From the human T2T-CHM13v2.0 reference genome, Homo sapiens: a stretch of DNA of 64,000 nt. The notes under the pieces were generated by a model, which did no database searches, had not been told where the DNA came from, and saw only the letters and a list, made by a program, of their open reading frames with translations. The translations under genes were made by a program, and so were the position numbers. The stretch lies in NCBI RefSeq assembly GCF_009914755.1, contig NC_060946.1; one strand, 5' to 3'. Shown piece after piece: positions 1 to 14,996 of this stretch (the first letter of the stretch is position 1; each line of letters begins with the position of its first letter).

Positions 1-1390
1 GCTTCCTTGGTTATGCAGGGCTGGGCATTGGGGTGGGGGGCTGACCTGGACCCTCCAAGACATCAGATTGTCCAACTGCTCAGTTTTCATTGGGGCAAGT
101 GCCTCGCTGAGGGTGAAGGGGGCTGTGAGTGCCCATCAGGGAGCCTGGACAGGTCCCGCCTCTCACAGCTGTCCCACTCTCTGGAGCTGCCTTGGTGGCA
201 GATGGCACTGTCCTAGAAAGGTGAGGCTGGAGCTGTCTCTTCCACCAGGGGTGGCCAAGGACGCTTCCAGGGTCTTCCATGCAGGCCTCCAGGGTCACCC
301 TGGGCGTGGCTGAGGGCATGCAGACCACGCTGTGCTCCCCCCCACCCCCCATGCCCGTCGCTTGCCTGACATGCTCCTCAGCTGTCTTGCCCCGCAGAAG
401 CTGTGTGGTCTCCCCTGTGAGTAGAGTCGGGCTCCATGATCCTCCGGAGCAGCGCCAGGGACTCTCCCCAGGCACAATTTTAAAGGGGGCCCTAGGACCT
501 GCCAGGTCCACGGAAGTGGTGCTTGTAACTCTCTCCCTGGTGGCAGCCTCTGGTGCATTCCGGCAGGGGCAGCCCCTCCTCATCACAGGGACCCTGTGTG
601 CCAGGCCCCAGCTGCGTTGCCGCTGAATTATGGATTTAATAGCAGAGAAGCCTTGCAGGCCGCCTGTGCTGGCTCGGGAAACCGGGGCCCAGCCGGGGCC
701 TGTCACGGTCCTGGTGCCGCCCTGCTTCCTGTCGGCGCCACGGAGCAAGCGGAGAGATTTATCTTCCCGGCTTTACCAGGTACTAACGGAGGAGGCTGAG
801 AGGCAGGAGCTGAATAATTGATGGCCTTCTCTGGCTCAGGATCTGCTGAAAATGACACGGTGCAAGGCAGAGGGGCTGAGAGTGCTGACCACAAAATGCT
901 GAGAAGCCACTCCAGGGCGGTCACGGCCAGAAGGAGGACCCCCACTCAGGACGGGGTCACAGGCATTTGGGGCGGGTGTCAGAGGCTCCTGCCCTGGGTC
1001 ATTCCAGGGGGCCAGGATACCCAGAAGCTGGGCCTAGAGGCCCACAGGGCTGGCTCACCCCCACTTCCCTCTCACACGCCTGCCATCACCGGTGCTTCAG
1101 CCCAGCAACCCCATGGCTCGTTGGCCCCGTCCACAGCCCCCACTGCCTCCTGTGTGCTGGGCGTGGGCCTCTGAGCTCTACTCTCAGCCTCCTTAGCCCC
1201 AGGAGAGGAGTGGAGGACAGGGGTTTAACGTGGGGTGTGGTGCGGAGCGGGGAGGGCTGTGGCGCCCCCTCAGCCCCTCCTTTCCTAACAGCCTCAGCCT
1301 CCCCCCTGGAGAATCCCCTACCTGCTGGGCACATCTGGCCTCTCCCCAACATTCTGTCTCCAGCCGGGAGATCTCTACCCAGTGAAACAG

Positions 1391-2126
1391 TGAAACAGGA
1401 AGGGTTCCCTGGTTACCCCGCGCAGGGCGCAGGGCATGCAGCGGGGGAGTGGCTCGCTTCTTCAGTGCCCCACCGCTCACACCTCTAGGGGAGCATACAG
1501 ACGGGCAGGCTGTGGGGCTCTGACCCCATGGCAGTGTCTGGGGGTGAATGTTTACAGCTCTTGAAACCCCAGTGGGAGTGCGTTACCGGGTGGTCTTTTA
1601 GTCTAGCGGTCTGTAGGTGGCTGGTGAGAGTGAGCTCAATTAGACCCCTGCCTTATAACAAGGACAGAGGAATTTCTGTATCCCAGGGTTTCTTGCCTTG
1701 GTGTACCAAAAAATTGGATCACACGTGGGCTTGGAGAATGAGTGCAAGGTTTTATTGAGTGGAAGTAGCTCTCAGCAGATGGGGGAGCCAGAGGGGAGAT
1801 GGTTTTCCCCTGGAGTCAGGCAACATTCTCGGGATGTCCAGCAGCTTGTCTTCTTCCACCAGTGTGTTCCTCTCCCCACACAGAGGCTTCTGTCTCTGCC
1901 TTGCTAGGGTCTTGGGTTTTTATAGGCATAGGATGGAGGCATGGCAGGCCAGGGTGGTCTTGGGAAATGCAACATTTGGGCAGGAAATGCCTGTCCTCAC
2001 CTAGGTTCGTGGGGGTGGAGCCCTAGGCAGGGACCACGCCCTTCTCTACGGAGCACTTCCCGTCCCTCCTCTGTATCATTTAAAGGGACCACGCTTTTCC
2101 CTTCTCAGCACTTCCTTTCCGTATCA
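1391..2126 (-). mobile_element. Solo ERV1 LTR, LTR1-family-like
   Basis: Begins TGATAC and ends TTTCA on minus. Perfect 4-bp target-site duplication ACAG at 1387-1390 and 2127-2130. TATAAAAA at 1924-1917, AATAAA at 1756-1751. Homologous over its length to 31313-32113. Subfamily is from recall. Confidence 0.85.
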
Positions 2127-5100
2127 ACAGGAGGCCAGGGACTGGCTGGACCCCTAGGAGCCAGGTCCTACGGATAGGTGAGCCGGCCCCCCAGGGCAAA
2201 CACCTCCACTGGGCAGACCTGACTGCCCAGAGCTGGATTCTTTACTTGTAAAAGGGGCCATGAGTGACACAGGCTCGGCCTGCTGTGCCTTGAGGAAAGG
2301 AGAGGCTAAAAATTCTGCCTTCTCTCCTAAAGCCAGCCGGGCTCTTTATGGTGGGGGAAGGAAGGATTTGTTTATTTGCACTCTTCTGAAATAAAAGTTC
2401 TCTATCCTCCCTCCTGGCTGGAGTTGGGAGGGCCCCATGGGTGGGCTCTGAGATGTGGCACACGGTACCCAGGGCAGGGCTGGGAAGGGTGGGGTGCAGG
2501 GGCCTCCCTGGCTGCAGGGCCCACCCACCAGGTGCCTGGGCTTGCTGCACTGAGCAGGCATGGGCTCTGGCCCCCCTCACTGTCCCTTCCAGGCCCAGCC
2601 TGTGTTCAGGGCCCAGGACAGGGTCTGGCCAGCAGGCCCCAGGCCTCCAAGATGTTCTCAGCCTCTGGAGTGTGTGTGATGATGAGCACTCATGGAGCTT
2701 CCTGTATGCTGGGCCCTGGGCTTCTGAGAGGGCCACCGGGTGGCGACTGAGTCACGAGGTGGAGGGCCAGTCCCAGGGACTCCAGGTGACCTCGTGTCGG
2801 CACCACGCCCTTCTCCCATGGGCAGTCCTGGGCGCCCCTTCCTGGCCTTGGGCCCAGTGGCCTGTGGCCTGACCCCGTCCACTCCTGCTTGGTTGTCCCA
2901 GCAGCAGCAGGAGCCCATGCTGGAGAAGGTGTTATGGGGCAGGTGGAGGGCCCGGCTGACTCAGATGATCCCCCAAGTTTCTTTTCAATGAACACTTGTT
3001 TAGTGCAGTTTTTCCTCCTCAAATCCCCCTCACACAGGCAGACACCCTCTTGGCCCAGGGTAATCTGCTGAGCCTTTGCTCAAATATAGCAGCTTTGCTG
3101 CTTTCTAAACACAACTAATCCAATTTGGGATTTGGGGATTCGAGGTGGGCAGCACTGGGCCTCAGATGAGCCCCCATCACCCCAGACCCATGCAGGAAGA
3201 GCCAGGCAGGGTGGGGCCCTGGGGCCACCTGGTGGGCTCAGGGCCAGGGCATCGCGATGTCCCCATCCTTCACACTACGGGGCTTCCTGGCTGCAGAGTT
3301 GGGGACTCAGCTGGGAATGCTGGCCATAGAGGCAGAGAGCCCCCATCCTGCTGGGCCAGCCCTGACCTGGCTTCTCCAGGGTGGCCCAGTGTCCCCTTCT
3401 GCCCTTCCCCTGGCTCCCACCGTCCACATCCCTCTATCTGCCCACCCTGGACAACAACCAGCACAGTGCAGTGTGGCCCTGCAGTGACACCACCTGCAGA
3501 GAGGTCAGGCCCAGCCTCCCCCGTCTCCTAAAAGGCCAGCAGGTCCCAGGAGCTGGGGGTGGGGCCTGGCTGTGGGGCCTCCATGCCCCAGGGGCCAGGG
3601 CAGACCCTCCTTAGCCGGCAACCACTGCAGATTCCTCCCCTGGCCAGCACTCGGGGACCTCCCTGCCCCTGCCCCGTCCCCCTACCTTGCCTGCTGAGAC
3701 ATAGGGCTCCACGGGTCTCTCTCCTGGGGCCGGGCTGACTGTGGCCTGCGAGGGGCAGTCATCGTGTTGGGTTTTCCTGCCAGAGGCAGAAACCACAAAA
3801 TTACCTGGAACATACACGCCCCAAGTGACAGATTCAATTCAATTCCACAAATATTGACCTCGCGTCTAATCCACTCGTCCTCCAGTGCCAGCTCATTCCT
3901 GAGAAGCCCAGCCTGGCAGCCGCAGATCCCATTTAATCCCAGCCCCACAATGTCACCAGCTCGCAGCTTGGGAGCTGGGCTCATCCAGGCCCTGGCAGGT
4001 GGGGCCAGAGCTGGGCTCTGACCTCTGTACCCACACTTACCACCATGTAAAGTGCTGGGAAGAGGGGTGGGGAGTCACGGCAAGTTGAGGGTCCAGGCTT
4101 GCCCCAGCTCGCCAGATGCTCGCCCTGGCTGCCCTGACCTAGCAGCTAATCTCTGCGGGGCACTGCGGCTACATGGTGACTCCAGCACGGGGACATTTAT
4201 CAGAAATGGAACTGATGGATTAAAGTGGAACCAAGCGAATTGATTTTTCTCCCTGGGCACTGAAATGCTGCGCTTAATCAAGCGATCAACTCCGTGGGCA
4301 GGGTGGCTGTGGGGACGGAGGTGGGGGACAAGGGGATGGTGGCCATGGTGGGGACTGAAAGGTGGCTATGGGGACAGATGAGGTGAGCCAGGTGGCCCTG
4401 GGGTCGAGCTCCAGCCCAGCCTCTGGCAAAGAGGCCCTGTGTGCAGAAGTCCGGGTGTGATGCCCTCCCCCCACCGATTGTGTGATACCGGCCAGTCCTG
4501 TCCCGGCTGAGCCTCGGTGGCCTTGATGTAACCCTGTGGGGTCTGGTGGCAGGGACTGATTCACTCATTTGCTCATTCATTCATGTGTTTGACACACACT
4601 GCAGCAAAGGAAAGGTGAGAGCAGCCACAGGCTGGCCAGGGACGATTCAGACTTCAGAATGTAGCGTGCCCGCCCCTCCTCTTGTGAGGTCCAGCCTTGG
4701 TGTGTGTGGATTCCCAGGCACCCTCCAGGTCCACCCTCCACTCTGCAGTGCCCCGCCCACCTGTCCACATACTCTGTTCTGTGGTTTGATCGCCATCCTT
4801 CTGCTCTGCGGCCAACTGGATGGCCCAAGCGGACTGAGTTGGGCAGGGTGGTCATACCTGTGGAGCCTGTGGCTGTGGTTGGAGGCCCCGTGGGCAGCTG
4901 AGGCAGCCTGGGTGGGCATGTCCCAGTGGGACTTAAGCCCCTAGGTGGGCTGTCCGAAGTGACTCCTGAGTGGCTGGGGTGTGCTGTCCTTCCAGCCTGG
5001 CCGTGGTGGCTGGGTGGTGTTGGAAGGCACTGAAGGAAGGGCAGGTGAATTCGTGCTGGACCTGGTCTCAGTGCCATGGGCCCCAGGAGCCCATGACATC

Positions 5101-8100
5101 ACTGGCCTCATGGACTGTGGGGATTAACCCTGTCACTGGACACCCCCAACACACCCCCTCCAAAAGAAAGGTGTTGGCACAAGTGAAACCCCTTGAGTGA
5201 TGGCTGGGATTTCAAGCTCCAGACTGGTCCCCACTAGGAAGCTCTGGGTCTGGCTGGTGGAGCAATGTGTACCCGCGCCTCTGCGTCTCCCTGCATCTGG
5301 CAGCCCTCCCAACAGGGCTCATGTGGGGTGCAGTGAAGCAGCAAAGCCCCCCACCCCACCCCACCCCAGACTAAACACAGGCTGTAGACCTGGCCCAGGG
5401 TGAGACAGGGCCCCTGTGGACCACCTACCCAGGTGGTCTGTGGCAGCCTCTCCCAGCTTTCGGTCCAGGTGGCCCAGGGAGGTGGCAGCCCTGACCCTTC
5501 CTGGCGATACCCTGATTGATCATAGTGAAACACTGAGCTGGGAGAGCCAGGGGCACCCAGGGCTGAGCTCCCGGGGCAGCTCCCAGGAGCTGCAAGTGGA
5601 CCTGGCACTAGGAAGGAGCAGTCCACCGAGCACCTAGGCCAGGGCCCGGGACGGTGCCAGGCACCAGCTGAGGCCCTGCCAGGCCAGCCGCATCTTCACA
5701 TTCAAGACCCCAGGCCCCAGCCACGGCTCTGAGCTCTGGGTGTCTGCAGCCACGGTTGGCAGGGTGGGCCCCACCTTGCCCTGACTGGGCCACGGACTGG
5801 TGTGAAGAGCTCTAAATTTCACTTACTCCCCCAAAGTAGAAGTGGCCTAGGACTGTGTGGTGGCTCCTGGTCTCCAGAACCCTGCCAGGCTCCAGGGCAA
5901 GCAGGGAAGTCAGGCTTAGCTGCAGGGCAGCACCTGTCTGCACACCCCGTCCTGCCACGCTCCCTGCAGGGACCTCCGCCTGTTGTCCATGGTCCAGCTT
6001 GCTGGATGGGGCAGCAGCTCCTACACTCAGAGCTCTGCCATCCCCAGCCCCAGGCCAGGCTCTCCCCACAGCCCGTTAGGCCCTGACGTCCCCTGACAAC
6101 CAGGAGTTGGACAGGCCTGGCCCCCAGGCTGCCCCACACTGCCATGAGGACCCCAGCTGGCTGAGTCCCATGTCCAGGCTCACTTCCTCTGTCCCTGCAG
6201 CAGTGAGCACCTGGGACCATCATGGTGAGCACCACCCACCTTGCCCCTTGGCCCATACTCGGGGACCTGGGTTCCCCAGGTGATCAGGGTGGCCTGCAGG
6301 GCCTGAGGTGGCCATGCCAGCCAAACTCCCCCTGCCCCACAACTGGGTCACCTCTTCACCCTCCCGCAGCCCTTGGGAACCCAGTGAGCTCCTCCCCCTT
6401 GCTGCTTTGTGAGTGCTGGCAGTCCTGGGTTGCTGTCCTGGAGCTCCAAGACCTCCCTTCTGGAAGGCTGGGGCTTCCTGGTGGAAGATCCCGCTCACCT
6501 CAGCTGTGGCGTGGGCCTGGGCTTCAGCCTGGGGCAGCCCTCATGGGCAACTGCTTCAGACTGGACCCCATGTGCTGGGGTGGCCAGGGCTGTGCATGGC
6601 AGGTTCAGGGCACAGGGTGCAGGCAAGGGTGTGAGGGTGTGGGAGGGCTTCAGTGGGAGGCCCTGATGCTGAGCAGACACAGTACAGCCTGGTAAACAAG
6701 GCTCGTGTGCTGGGCACTCATCAATCTTGGCCATTCGGGCCTGGCCAACAGCCGGTGGGCTCAGGCCTGGGCGGGGGCTGGGGTGGGAGTGAGCTGCCTC
6801 AGGCTGGGCCGTGGGCACTGCAGGTGGCTTGTCCGGACAGCCCTTTCCCTGGACCCCTCATGCCCATGGCTCTAGCTGAAAACACAGCTGCTCTTCTCTA
6901 CAGGCTCGTCCTGGGGTGAGGAGGGTGTGGGAGCTGCCTAGCCCTTCCTTTCCCAAGGGGTTGGGTGCCCCTGGCTGAGGAGGAGACCCTCATGGCTGGA
7001 ACTTGGTGGTGGTCAGAGCCTCCTGGAAGTTGACCAGCTGAGCTCCAGCAAGTCCATGCCTCCTGGGACACAGCCTGGCCCCGATGAACCCTCAGCTGCC
7101 ATCATCCTCAAAGTCGCAGCAGGCTGGATGCTGAAGGCACAGGGGGCCGCATGGACTGTGGCTGCAGCTCTCTCATTGTCATGGGGAGGGAATGGCCTGC
7201 AGCCCCATCTTGTTCCCTTCTCTTAACAGCCTCTTTCCAAAGATGGCCCGAGCTCCCATCCCCGCCCCCACAGGGCTCTTCCTGCACTTCCCCAGGCATC
7301 CTGGGAGGAGAGGTGGGCTGTGGCTGGAATGTGCCGCCCTCTCACCCTCCTGCCAGGACCACTGTGCTGGCTGCCTTGGTGGCCTGGAGGCCTGCAGAGC
7401 TGCCCAAGCGGGGGCTCCATGCGCAGCTCCCACTCCATGTTCTGTCCCTGGGGAGGCCCACACAGCACTGCCCCTCTGTCTCATTCCAGGTGCCTGGTCC
7501 CCAGCGATCCGCCTTGACCCCAGATGCTCAGACTTGCTAGCCCAGGGCCAGAGGGGCACAGGACAGGGCTTTGGAGAGGGGGCTTCCTAGGCTGGTGCTG
7601 GCCCAGCCTGCCCAGCCCTGCCCTGCTCGGCCCCTGCCTGTCTGGGTGCTGGACCTGGCCTGATCCATGAAGCTTCTCCTAGCGAGGTGTTTTCCAGGCC
7701 TTTGGAATCTTAGGGATGATTTCGTATGGGGAGGGGCCTTCTCCCCAGCCTGCTGTCTTATTTTTGTGCCGATTCCCCGCAGCCCGAGCTCCTGCCCCCA
7801 GCACCTGCCTTTCCAGCCTGTGTCCTGTCTTCCACCAGCGGACTCCAGCCTGGCTCCCACTGCCACGTGGCTGCCTGGCGCATGCTCCACCCCGTGTCCT
7901 CCCAGGGTCCCAGTGAGGGCCCAGCCCCGCAGTGCGCAGTCTCCGCAGCCATCGAGTAGGCGGCCAGCTGAGCAGAGGTGCTGGCCGGCTGCCAGCCCAG
8001 CACCCGTCCTGCTGAAGTTGCTCCTGGCACGCTTCCGGCCCCAGGCTTCCCTGGGTGGTGGGGCAGACTTTGTGTTGCTGGTGTGCAGGAAGGGCCCACG

Positions 8101-8219
8101 ACCCCCACCCAACATGTGAGAGGGGCATTTGGCAGCCATGGGCAGGACACCACCTTCGACCATCAGCTAGGGGTATGTGCAAAGGGCCTGAGTGAGAAAC
8201 AAAAGACAAAATGGACCAA

Positions 8220-8522
8220 ATGTGCTTGTGTGGCCGGGTGTGTGAATTGTGTGCAGGTGAGTGTGGAAAGATGTGTGAGCACAAGCCTGTCAGCATACAC
8301 GTGTGGGCGTGGGCATGTGGGTGAGCATGCAAGTGTGTATACATAAGTGAGTGAGCACGTGTGTGTGGACGTGCATGTTATGTGGATGTGCATGTGTGCA
8401 TATGAGTGTGTGAGTGCATGTTTGATGAGCATGTATGTGTGGGCACACGTGTGTGTGTCAGCGTGTGCTGACTGCCATGGACGTGCACCTGGCTGAGTGT
8501 GGAAATGTGTGTGTGAGTGTAC
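8220..8522. repeat. (TG)-rich low-complexity tract
   Basis: Degenerate GTGTGT/GCATGT repeats. Confidence 0.85.
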
Positions 8523-11500
8523 TGGCAGTCCAGGTTTTACACCCACACGGCTTTGCCTCCCCAGGAATCCGTTTTAATAGCAGAGTGGGCTGGAAGGGCT
8601 GGCCAGGCCCTGAGGCAGTTTTCAGGCCAGCAGTCCCTGGCTCCTCATATGCGGTGACAGCCCAGGAGGCCGGGGCCCTCAGAGTGCAGTCTTTGGACAT
8701 GCCTGGTTGATGGATCCGTCATTACCAGCCTGGGAGCTGGGCATGGGCTCCGGGGCTGGAGGACACCCCTTTCCATCCCTGGCCCTGGCGAGCCCGGCCC
8801 TCCTCTCGCCCCGTGATAACCTGCAGCCTCATGGGGAAAGGCACGCGGAGGTGGTGCCGCACCCCCAGCCCTCACCCCTGCTTTGCCAATCCTGGATCCT
8901 GGCCTCCGCCCGCCAAAGTCCACCATTGGCCACAGGATGTGGGTGCTGTGCTGTGTCCTTGAAAATCTGAAGATGAGGACAGCTCAGTGGGCGGGGGCGT
9001 TTCACACATTCGACACATGCCCTCACGCCTGTGGGTGTGTGGCGGGCTGGTTTACAGTTACGTGAGGATTTCAGACCCAAAGTGCAGAGCCTGCAGCTGA
9101 GCAGTGCCCAGGGAGGGCTGGGGAGGAAGGTCCCAGCCAGGAAAGTAGGGTGACTCTCATCAGTGGCTGCGGTGTCCAGCTGGGATGATCAGGGCCGTGC
9201 CAGCCTGGTGCGCCTGGGGGACCCACAGCAGAGGTCCTGCATGCACTTGGCTGGCACGTGTAGTTCTGAAGGCCCCTGGGGAGGCCTGGCACATGCAGTG
9301 TTTGGGGACCCTCTCTGCTGCCTAGACACTGCCACAGACCCCACACCCAACCTTGCTGTTTTTCCCCCAAGTGAGGGGAGCTGCTTTTTCCAACTCGGAT
9401 AGCCCCCCTGCACTGTGCAGCTCGCCCACCTCCCTCACAGCTATTCCAGCATCTCTGGGCGGGTGCGGGAAGCCGGATGCAGCCAGTACCGTTGCTGTTT
9501 TTGGAAAAGAGAGGTTCAAGGCAGGGAGGGCCCAGCCTATGTTCCAGCAGGGTTGTCTGGCTGGGGGGGTCTGCACCTCGCCCCTGCACCCCCAGGTTCC
9601 TGGCTCCCCACCCCCGTGCACGAAGCCCTTCTTGCCTGGCAGGCCTGGGGGCCCCCGGCCGCCATGCGCCCCACCGCGGGTGTGATTTGGCAGCAGCGTT
9701 CTCCTCGCCAGCTTGTTTCTCACATAGGGGATGTTTCCATTTTTACAGCAGAAAGAAACCGATTCCAAGCGCCTCAGCCACAGCCGGAGCGCGACGGCCC
9801 CCAGGGAGCTGCTGCCACGTCAGGTGCTTTGGGGGTGTGGGCTGCTCTGCCAGCCGTGGTCCTAATTGCTGTCACTCAGGGAGCCAGCTCTAGCCTGGGG
9901 CAGGCAGGAACCATGAGGGGGGTCTTCGGGGCAGGCACTGGTCCCTGGCGGAATCCGAACCTCTGCCTGGTTCTCCTGGCACCCCCTCCCCAGAGACCTG
10001 GAGCACCTCCCGACTTTGGGTGGGATGGGCCTGTGGTTCTGGAACAGGAGCTTTGCCTGTGGGACCCTCCCATGGGGGCGGGGTGTCCTCTCTTAGCCCA
10101 GGTGGGTTTGAGCCCCACACTGCTCCTTCCACCGCTCAGATTCCTGCCTGCAGGTCCCTGTCACGGGGCTGCTGAGGACCGACCAAGGTGACTGCCCATA
10201 GCCCCACGCCAGCATGGGGCACAGCTGCCTGGCGGCTCTGCCGTCACCCCCCGTGCTCTGACTCTGTGCTGTGGATTTGTGTCACCTGCAGACTTGGGTG
10301 GCATTGGGCACAGGGGCACGGTGTCCTCTGTCACTTCCCCACCTTGCTTGGGGCTGGTCTCCCAGGATGCTGAAGCATTGAAGTGCCTCGAGGACTGTTA
10401 GAAAGATTTTCTTAGAAAGAAACATTTGCTACCCAGGGCACAGAACAGCTCCTCGAGGTCTCGTAAACCAGTGTGGACTCGGCCCTGCTCCCGAGACTTG
10501 GAGGAAAGGCAGAAAGGGCGGCAAGTCACACGCAAGGCAATTTTCAAAGAAAAGGGCACAACTCATAGGAGGCAGGGGAAGGATTCCATTTCACCTACAG
10601 TCATGGCCCCGCGTCTTCAGGGAATAGGTGCTGTCTGGTGCATCACATTATTAGTGCTGGAGGGCATCGCAGTCCTGGGGGAGGTCACTGCCAGCATGGC
10701 AGCCCATAGGAAGTGGGAGGGTGGGATTCAAGGGCAAGGCGGGTGGTGGGTCCTGGCCCCTGATGAGGCAGGTGGATGGTGGACCTGCCTCCACCCTACC
10801 CAGCAGGCTGGCCACCAGGGCGTGTCCACAGACTCCAGACAAGAAGGAGAGAGTAAACTGAGGCATGTGGGGCCCAGGCCCTGGGCGCAAGGCTGGAGGC
10901 CTGAGGTGGCATCCCATCAGCTGGAATCAGGATTGCCTCGATCTTTGATTCTTGAGACAGGAGGAGTGTGGCGGTGGCCACAGCAGGATCCCTGAGATCT
11001 TACACAGGTGAGGTGGTTGCAGAAGCACTACACGGGGCTGGGGCCTGAGGGTGCAGTGCTGGGTCTAGGTCTCCCTGAGAGTCCACTGACAGCTGTGGAA
11101 CCAGGCCTCAGGGGAGCTGGGTGCAAATCCCACCCCTCCACAGAGCAGCTGTGTGACCCGAGGCTGTTTTGCCCTCTCTGCCTCAGTTTCTCTCTGGCAG
11201 CCGCTCCTCCCTGGGCCCCGACCTGACCCTTCAGGCTCAGGAGGCTGCTCCAGGTCCAGAACCTGGTGCTGCACTGGGTCCAGCCTCCAGGCCTTTGCTA
11301 ATGTTGTGGTCTCTGCCTGTGATAACTCCTGCGAGAGCTCCTGATCTCTTATGACCCTCCCCTGCCTGGGCAGATGCTCCTCCTGTCACCGAGGGTCCCA
11401 TTAGCTGGCAGCTACCCTGCCACTTGGTGGACCCAGGTGATGTGGGTGGGCCTCACTCTTCATCCACAAGTGGGTGAGAAAAGGCAGGAAAGGAGGTGAA

Positions 11501-12211
11501 GCCAAAGATGGCATGCTCCCCCTGCACAGGGTGACTGTATGGGGGGGTCACGGCGGGGGAGGGAGGGGAGGAGAGTGGTCCAGCTGAGGGCCCTGCCAGG
11601 GCCCAATGCAATGTCCCATCCTTAGATCCATCTTCAGTCACATCCCCACGCTAGGGGGAGCAGCATTTCCAAAACGCCTGCCCTGGGGGCTCTCAGAATT
11701 CAGGGGTTCCCTTTGAGGTCACACAGGCCCCACTGAGGCCAGACACAGCAAGTCCTTGCTCCTTGGCCTAAGCCTGCAACCCCTGAGCCTCAGTTTCCTG
11801 CAGTAAGTGGGACATGATGCCTTTCCACTCCTCTAGGCTTCTGCCCATCCTGTGTCACCGTCCCAGCAGATGAGTAGCTGGTCTGGTGGCCTGAGACCTT
11901 GCTTCACTGGGGGACAGGGCTGCCATCCTCGAAGGCCAGGGTCTGGGCCTCTGGGCCGGGAGCTCCTCCATCAGCTTGCAGCCCTGGGGGAGGCTTGCAG
12001 CCCTGGAGGCCACTCCCTCTAGTGACAGAACCCATACCTCTGGGAACTGCTTCCTCTGCCTGCATGCCCCAAACTTGGACTTGGAGGTTGTAGATGGCCG
12101 TGGCAGGGCCCTTGCCTGGCCCCTATCCTCCTGCAGCCTGGCCTAGGCATGGGTGACTTACCCAGTGCCAGCAGGCTGCCTCAGCCCGTGCCCACTAAAA
12201 AATTTGTTCCT

Positions 12212-12856
<645 letters not shown>

Positions 12857-14698
12857 GACACGGGCAGAATTCTTGGATGCCCATTTTGGGGACAGCCACC
12901 ATAGTTTGGACATTAATACATTTGGGCACATGCACATGAGCACACACATGCTCACATGCACATGGATGCACACGTATGCGCGTACCACTCACTCCCGGGC
13001 ACATGCTCATTCCCGGGCACATACACAGTGGGGCGGGGCAGGAAGGCTGGATGGGGCCCAGGGGAGTCAGGTGCTGTGGTGCGCTGGGGCTCAGGCCCTT
13101 CCAGCATTCAAACAGAGAGTCTCCTAAGAAAGCAGGGAGCCCACAGGGCATGGGATTTGGAATCTGAGTCAGGGATTTGAATCCCATCTTGTGCCCTGGG
13201 CATGCTAAGTCTCCCTCCTAGTGCAGTGGGTGCCTGCTGCCCAGGCTGCAGGAGCATTTGAGGAGGCTTGTCAGCCTATAGGGAACTGCCTGGCGTCCTG
13301 CTCAGTGCTGCAGGCTGCATGAGGGGCCAATTGAGGACCCCCTAAGCCCAGGAGGGGCAGAGGCCAGGGACCAGATGCCACAAGTATCTGTGGGTGGGCT
13401 TGGCTGTGATGAGCAGGACAGGGCTCAGCCAATGCCCAGGGGCAGAGCCCCCGAGGCACTGATGACCACAGTGAGGCCAGCGTCAGGCTCTGGGTCTTGG
13501 GTCTTGGTGCTGCTCCAGGAGTTGACCCACATGGCCCCTCAGATGCTGCTCTGTGACTCCAGGCCTGGGTCAAGCCGACCTCTCTGCTTGTCCCCCCACC
13601 TCCCTCTAGGTAACTAGGCCCCAAGATGTCACAGCATCAGAAATACAGAGAAAAAAAAGCATAGTTAATACTGCTCCTGCTGGGAAGGCCCACAGCAGGG
13701 CGGATGGTAGTGCACCCAGCAGGTGTGACAGCCCAGTCTCCCCATCTGCAGGGAAACCCCATGCCCCCTCAACCCTTACTGCCTGTCACCAGCTGGACCC
13801 CGGTCTCTCCTGGCTGCTGTCTCACCTGCCTTCACATGGTTTCTGGTTCTTTCATCTTTTCATTATAATTTTTGTTTGGAGAAACTTTAAAAGTAAAAGA
13901 ATGTGGGCCAAAAATATGTTAACCCATTCCCACCAGACATGCAACACTGGGGGGGCTGTTCCTCCCAGGCTCCTTGGGCCCCCCAGCTGCCCATGACCCC
14001 TGGGTGTGCCCAGACAGCAGGGGGGGTGTAGTCCACCCCCACCACGTCCACAGCCCCTGACTCTCGGGTGGGTCTGGGGGCTGCTCGCCCTGGGAGAGAA
14101 GCCATCCCCTCCCGGCGGGGCCATCTATCAGGACCTCTCTGACATCAGCATTTTCCTCTGTGGCTCTAGCTTCCTGCCTCCTATCTCTGTCCTCCTGAGA
14201 ATGTCCCATCTGTCCCATCTTTCCCATTAGCAGCCCTGTCCCTGAGCCCAGTGCAAGCTCCACAGTGGAGAGGCCACTCAGCATTGTAAGTGAATGCTTG
14301 TCCTCGTGCCTCCCTCCCCGGGAGCTCTGCCTGGAGCTCCTTCCCGGCTCCGGTGAAGCTGCAGGCAGCATTTCATTGCTTTGACCTGTCCCAGGGCACC
14401 TTCCTTCTAGAAGGGCGACTTGAAACCTTTTCATCACAGCACGACATATGCCCGGTCTTGCTTTGGTCATCCAGTTTTATGTGTCCCATTTTATACTCAT
14501 TTTCTTCCCCTCATGTTTTGTTTTTTTCTTTTAACTAAAACGATCCATTTATTGAGTTAAAAGATTGTATATTCAAGACGTTCACTCAGTATGTGATCCT
14601 GCATAGTAAACCTCGGGTGAAACAAAGACAACTATTTTTATATATTTTTAAAAATTTAGTGGCATATAGACTTCTAATATTTTGGGGGGGGGGATATT

Positions 14699-14996
14699 CT
14701 TTTTTTCTTTAATTATGGTAAAATATCCATAATATAAAACTGACCACTCGAATCATTTCTAAGTGAGCAGTTCAGTGGCATTTGGCATACTTACATTGTT
14801 GTGCAGCCATCACCCCCATCCATCCACAGAACTTTTTCATCTTCCCAAACTGAAACTCTGTATCCATTAAATAACAAATCCCCACCCTTCCCCGCCCCTG
14901 GCAACCACTGTCTACTTTCTGTCTCCATGGATTTGACTACAGTGTGTCTAAGTGGGATCATTCAGCATTTGTCCTTTTGTGACTGGCCTATTTCAC
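14699..14996 (-). mobile_element. L1MB-type LINE-1 3' end fragment
   Basis: T-tail then GGTAAAATAT..CAGTTCAGTGGCATT..TTGTGCAGCCATCACC..CCCCTGGCAACCACT..TCTGTCTCCATGGATTTG..TTTTGTGACTGGC, typical of an antisense L1MB 3' UTR. Confidence 0.85.

Noticed and set aside
1-4400. Annotated lncRNAs that I recall lying downstream of RTN4R (e.g. LINC00896)
   Set aside because: Their exon coordinates cannot be supported from the sequence alone.
9415-10191. 258 aa ORF, and similar 150-290 aa ORFs elsewhere (80-748, 19003-19674, 41966-42643, 49406-50272)
   Set aside because: Pro/Gly/Ala-rich random composition expected in stop-poor GC-rich DNA, often with non-ATG starts and no homology I recognise.
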